Assembly (NCBI GenBank): GCA_964455675.1
Contig: CAYVYK010000001.1
Coordinates: forward strand, 56,463 to 76,462
Length of the DNA stretch: 20,000 nucleotides
From: an uncultured Methanosarcinales archaeon
Lineage (GTDB): Archaea; Nanobdellota; Nanobdellia; Woesearchaeales; CAYVYK01
Direction of reading: 5' to 3'
Part shown: piece by piece, positions 17,202 to 20,000 of the stretch
Layout: the number at the start of each line of letters is the position of its first letter
Position numbering within the stretch: position 1 is the stretch's first letter
Position numbers and translations under genes: made by a program
The notes under the pieces: model-generated
What the model saw: the letters and a program-made list of their open reading frames with translations, nothing else
Told to the model about the DNA's origin: nothing
The model's database searches: none

Positions 17202-17361
17202 ATTTTCACCTGCAGAACATGTCTGCATTTTTTATTACCTCATGCAGCAGTACTCAGGTCCATGCGGACCTAAGTGTCGGTAATGACGATAAAGAGGCCG
17301 ACGGATATTTATAAAACTATGGGTGCACTGTTGGGTATTCTACAAGCAGTATCTGCCACAT

Positions 17362-17413
17362 AATTACGTATTATATTATATCTTATTATCATTATTTCGT
17401 ATAATACGTAATT
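17362..17413. promoter_or_regulatory. Perfect 14-bp inverted repeat with 24-bp spacer in the rps2/Lrp divergent promoter region
   Basis: AATTACGTATTATA (17362-17375) and TATAATACGTAATT (17400-17413), 8 bp upstream of TATA TTTTTATA (17422-17429). Confidence 0.65.
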
Positions 17414-17452
17414 TAGATACATTTTTATAGTGTTATACCAAGTTGAACCATA

Positions 17453-17959
17453 ATGCCAAAAGCGCGATCGTCAGACCTGACGGTGAATGATATGCGTATT
17501 CTTGGCGTGCTCTCGCTCGATGCGCGCGCTTCCATTGCAAAGATCAGTAGGGCTACAGGTATCCAGCGTGATAGTGTTGCCTATCGTATGCGCAGGCTCC
17601 TGGAGAAAGGGATCATTGAGGGTTTTTCGATGCAGCTGAATTCGAGTTTTCTCGGGTTCACCACGAGGTCTATCGTGCACTTCGCCTTGCATAACTTCAC
17701 CCTTGAAGATGAGAAAAAGTTTCTATCCGCATTGCGCTCTCACGCGAGTGTCGTAAGCGTTGCAAAGACAACGGGCGCGTTTGATGTGGAGATTGTGATA
17801 GTGGCAAAGTCTCTCATGCATCACGAGGAGGTGCTGAGCGGTTTTCGTCAGAAATTTGCCAAGATTATCAAGGATTACGCAAGCGCTCATGTGTTGGAAA
17901 CAACGAGCAGCGTTGCGGGATTGGTTCCTCATAAAAAATCAACAGGTGGTCATGGATGA
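17453..17959 (+). CDS. Lrp/AsnC family transcriptional regulator
   Basis: LTVNDMRILGVLSLDARASIAKISRATGI...VAYRMRRLLEKGIIEGF (wHTH) plus RAM domain (V...TTGAFDVEIVIVAKS). Confidence 0.92.
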   Translation: MPKARSSDLTVNDMRILGVLSLDARASIAKISRATGIQRDSVAYRMRRLLEKGIIEGFSMQLNSSFLGFTTRSIVHFALHNFTLEDEKKFLSALRSHASVVSVAKTTGAFDVEIVIVAKSLMHHEEVLSGFRQKFAKIIKDYASAHVLETTSSVAGLVPHKKSTGGHG

Positions 17960-18240
17960 AAAAGGGTGTTGAACTGAGTTTACAAACAATTGTGGTAGCG
18001 GCGCTGTCAGTCATCGTGCTAATTGTTGTCATCCTTGTCTTCGGAGGTCAGGTGAGGAAGGCGATATGGGGGTACAATGATGTTTCTAACGCATCCATAC
18101 AGGAATCACAAGGTAAGAGGTGTGCAAGCATCTTCATCCCTGATCGCAAGTGTGTGCAGACGGGTTGTCCTGATGGCTACGCTGAGGTCGATGGAGAGTG
18201 GAAGGATTGCCAAAACGGGTTATGTTGCGAGCGCGAGTAG
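17956..18240 (+). CDS. Small type IV pilin-like protein (class III signal peptide) with Cys-rich C-terminus
   Basis: MKKG|VELSLQTIVVAALSVIVLIVVILVF; six Cys at the C-terminus; ATGA overlap with Lrp. Confidence 0.8.
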   Translation: MKKGVELSLQTIVVAALSVIVLIVVILVFGGQVRKAIWGYNDVSNASIQESQGKRCASIFIPDRKCVQTGCPDGYAEVDGEWKDCQNGLCCERE

Positions 18241-18253
18241 GACCGGTGACACG

Positions 18254-18721
18254 ATGAATAGGAAAGGTAGTGTGTGGTGGGAGGTTCTTGCGCACGTGGT
18301 GATAGATGCGATTATATTATTCCTCGTGATTGGCGCGTTCTTTTTCGTATACCGGAGCTGCACGACAAAGGAGATTACCCAAGAACAGATGGATGGCCAG
18401 CGAATCCTGAGGGATATCGAGGCCTTGCGGCCTGACGAGAGTGTGTTCGTTCCGCTGATTGGCATGGAGTATTCTGTCGTTCTTCATCCTATAGATGGAC
18501 AGCTGAAACCGGGCACATGCAGGGACGATGCTTGCTTGTGTATATATCCAAAAGGATCATCGGATGCGTCCTACTGCGGCACCCTGCCGGCCGTCGTGAA
18601 GAATTGTGATGATGGTCCTTGTATTGAGGGTTTCCAGCGTGTTGAGGTAGGCGATGATCGCGTTGTGACAATTCGCAGGAAGAACAATCGATTAGTGATC
18701 GAGAAGGCACCAAAGATATGA
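18254..18721 (+). CDS. Type IV pilin-like protein (class III signal peptide), Cys-rich
   Basis: True start 18254 (SD GGTGA): MNRKG|SVWWEVLAHVVIDAIILFLVIGAFFFVY with Glu at +5; C..CLC and paired Cys. Confidence 0.78.
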   Translation: MNRKGSVWWEVLAHVVIDAIILFLVIGAFFFVYRSCTTKEITQEQMDGQRILRDIEALRPDESVFVPLIGMEYSVVLHPIDGQLKPGTCRDDACLCIYPKGSSDASYCGTLPAVVKNCDDGPCIEGFQRVEVGDDRVVTIRRKNNRLVIEKAPKI

Positions 18722-19749
18722 GCATGGCAAGAAAGCAAGGTCGGAAAGGCCAGCAGACATTGCTGCTGGAAGCAGTGGTATATGTGATAATCGCAGTGCT
18801 CATACTCTCAATCTTACTGGTGTACGCCAAGCATGTTGGTGAACAGGGCCCGTTTGAGCGAAAGAAGATTGCTATCGATCGGAGCATGACGATCAATAAG
18901 ATGCTTGGTTCGCCAATGAATATCGAGCTAGTCATGCCAAAATCATCAAACATCTCAGAGTACTATGAGAACAATCGTGTGACGATATCCGATGGAGCGC
19001 ATCCGACGGATAATGAGACATATTTTTTCTTCCCCTCGAAGAGTACGCATGTGGTTGAGAGTTCAATTGAGCCTGGGAGGAAAGCGAGGCTCCTTAAGGA
19101 AGGTGTTATGATAAGTGCTTCCCCTGACGGGGGATACATTCCTGAGTCAATCGCCTGTGTAAAGCCTAAGCTTGGGAATATAGAGGGTCTTGTCATTGAT
19201 CCGGCACGGGGGGGTTTTGCTGGTCAGTTCTACAGTGGATTGCCTGCTGATCTTGGAGCTGTAGCGCCAGACAATCATGAGTTCACAGAGGCGGAATTCA
19301 CTCTGGGTATTGCTCTGCAATTTTCAGGAGCGGCTCTTACAAGATCTGCGCAGTCACGCGTCGGACTGAATGAACGGCTTGAAGTCGTGAGGCGATATCC
19401 ATACGCGGCAATTCTAGGTTTTAGGGCGGGGAATTATTCATCGGATGTGGATCCTGTGAAGGCGTATGTGCTTCTTGATAGCGAAAAATACGCGGAGAGT
19501 AGGTATTTGGCATGCCTGATTCTTAACGATTTGAAGAAGAACTTGGCGCAGATTACGAGTATTTCCGTTATTCCGGTAAGTCAGCACTGGATGAATGCTG
19601 ATGAACAATTGCGGATCCTCTCACCAGGTCAGATTGGAGTTGTGCTTGAGATTGGAAACATGCAGCTTCCCTCATCCGTAGTTCGTGATAAGAGCAGGAT
19701 CGTGGACTCAATTCAGTCATCCTTGAGAACTTTTGAGGCGTCCTCATGA
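18718..19749 (+). CDS. Pilin-like protein (class III signal peptide) fused to a degenerate Amidase_3-like domain
   Basis: RKG|QQTLLLEAVVYVIIAVLILSILLVY; the C-terminal half follows the N-acetylmuramoyl-L-alanine amidase pattern (VIDPARGG, DLGAV, TEAEFTLGIA, LTR, LNER, SRYLACLI, VVLEIGN). Confidence 0.75.
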   Translation: MSMARKQGRKGQQTLLLEAVVYVIIAVLILSILLVYAKHVGEQGPFERKKIAIDRSMTINKMLGSPMNIELVMPKSSNISEYYENNRVTISDGAHPTDNETYFFFPSKSTHVVESSIEPGRKARLLKEGVMISASPDGGYIPESIACVKPKLGNIEGLVIDPARGGFAGQFYSGLPADLGAVAPDNHEFTEAEFTLGIALQFSGAALTRSAQSRVGLNERLEVVRRYPYAAILGFRAGNYSSDVDPVKAYVLLDSEKYAESRYLACLILNDLKKNLAQITSISVIPVSQHWMNADEQLRILSPGQIGVVLEIGNMQLPSSVVRDKSRIVDSIQSSLRTFEASS

Positions 19750-20000
19750 AGAAAGCACAGCTGAACCTCGTTCCGGCGCTTATTGTGTTATCGATCATTC
19801 TTGGAGCGATTTACGTGCTCCCAAATCAGGTATTGAGTCGATTTTTTGAAACTCGTCTCCTTGAGTCAAAGATATGGGCGGAACGGATAGAATCATCGGC
19901 GTGGAATCATGATCCCGTGACGGGTCGTGTCTATCCGGGTGTTGTTGCCGCCCATAATCTTTCTAATGATGTGTTCGATGCGGCATTCCAGAAGCTTGAC
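19746..20000 (+). CDS. Type IV pilin-like protein (class III signal peptide), truncated by the window end
   Basis: Manual translation MKKA|QLNLVPALIVLSIILGAIYVLPNQ...DPVTGRVYPGVV..., open to the window end; ATGA overlap with the previous gene. Confidence 0.72.
   Translation, partial: MKKAQLNLVPALIVLSIILGAIYVLPNQVLSRFFETRLLESKIWAERIESSAWNHDPVTGRVYPGVVAAHNLSNDVFDAAFQKLD

Noticed and set aside
18077..18253. N-terminal extension of the 214-aa ORF
   Set aside because: Overlaps pilin 1; the signal peptide and SD place the start at 18254
1..20000. Numerous antisense and off-frame ORFs in the track; CRISPR arrays, IS elements, rRNA and tRNA
   Set aside because: Shadow ORFs lie within confidently assigned genes; no repeat-spacer array, transposase or rRNA/tRNA signature was seen

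Overview
Gene-dense archaeal chromosomal segment, most likely from a DPANN/Nanobdellota archaeon of Woesearchaeota type. This is inferred from L34e, L14e, aNAC, Sec61beta, class I LysRS, an archaeal RNase P RNA, TATA boxes about 22-25 nt before start codons, and very tight gene packing. Positions 1-17.3 kb are mainly housekeeping: rtcB, an XRE-type regulator, three hypotheticals, nac, secG, lysS, RNase P RNA, a bacterial-type fabH, a THUMP/Trm14-like methyltransferase, stand-alone gyrA, rpl34e-rpl14e-thpR-gatB, mre11, a small basic repeat protein, a PIN + HTH pair and rps2. The last 2.6 kb is the most novel part. An Lrp/AsnC regulator, preceded by a perfect 14-bp inverted repeat, is translationally coupled to at least four genes with class III (type IV pilin-like) signal peptides. 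One of these ends in a beta-defensin-like six-Cys motif. Another carries an Amidase_3 (peptidoglycan amidase)-like domain in which both Zn-binding His are replaced by Arg, a candidate non-catalytic cell-wall-binding pilus adhesin. No CRISPR array, tRNA, rRNA, transposase or intein was seen. All family assignments come from motif recognition by eye, not database searches.
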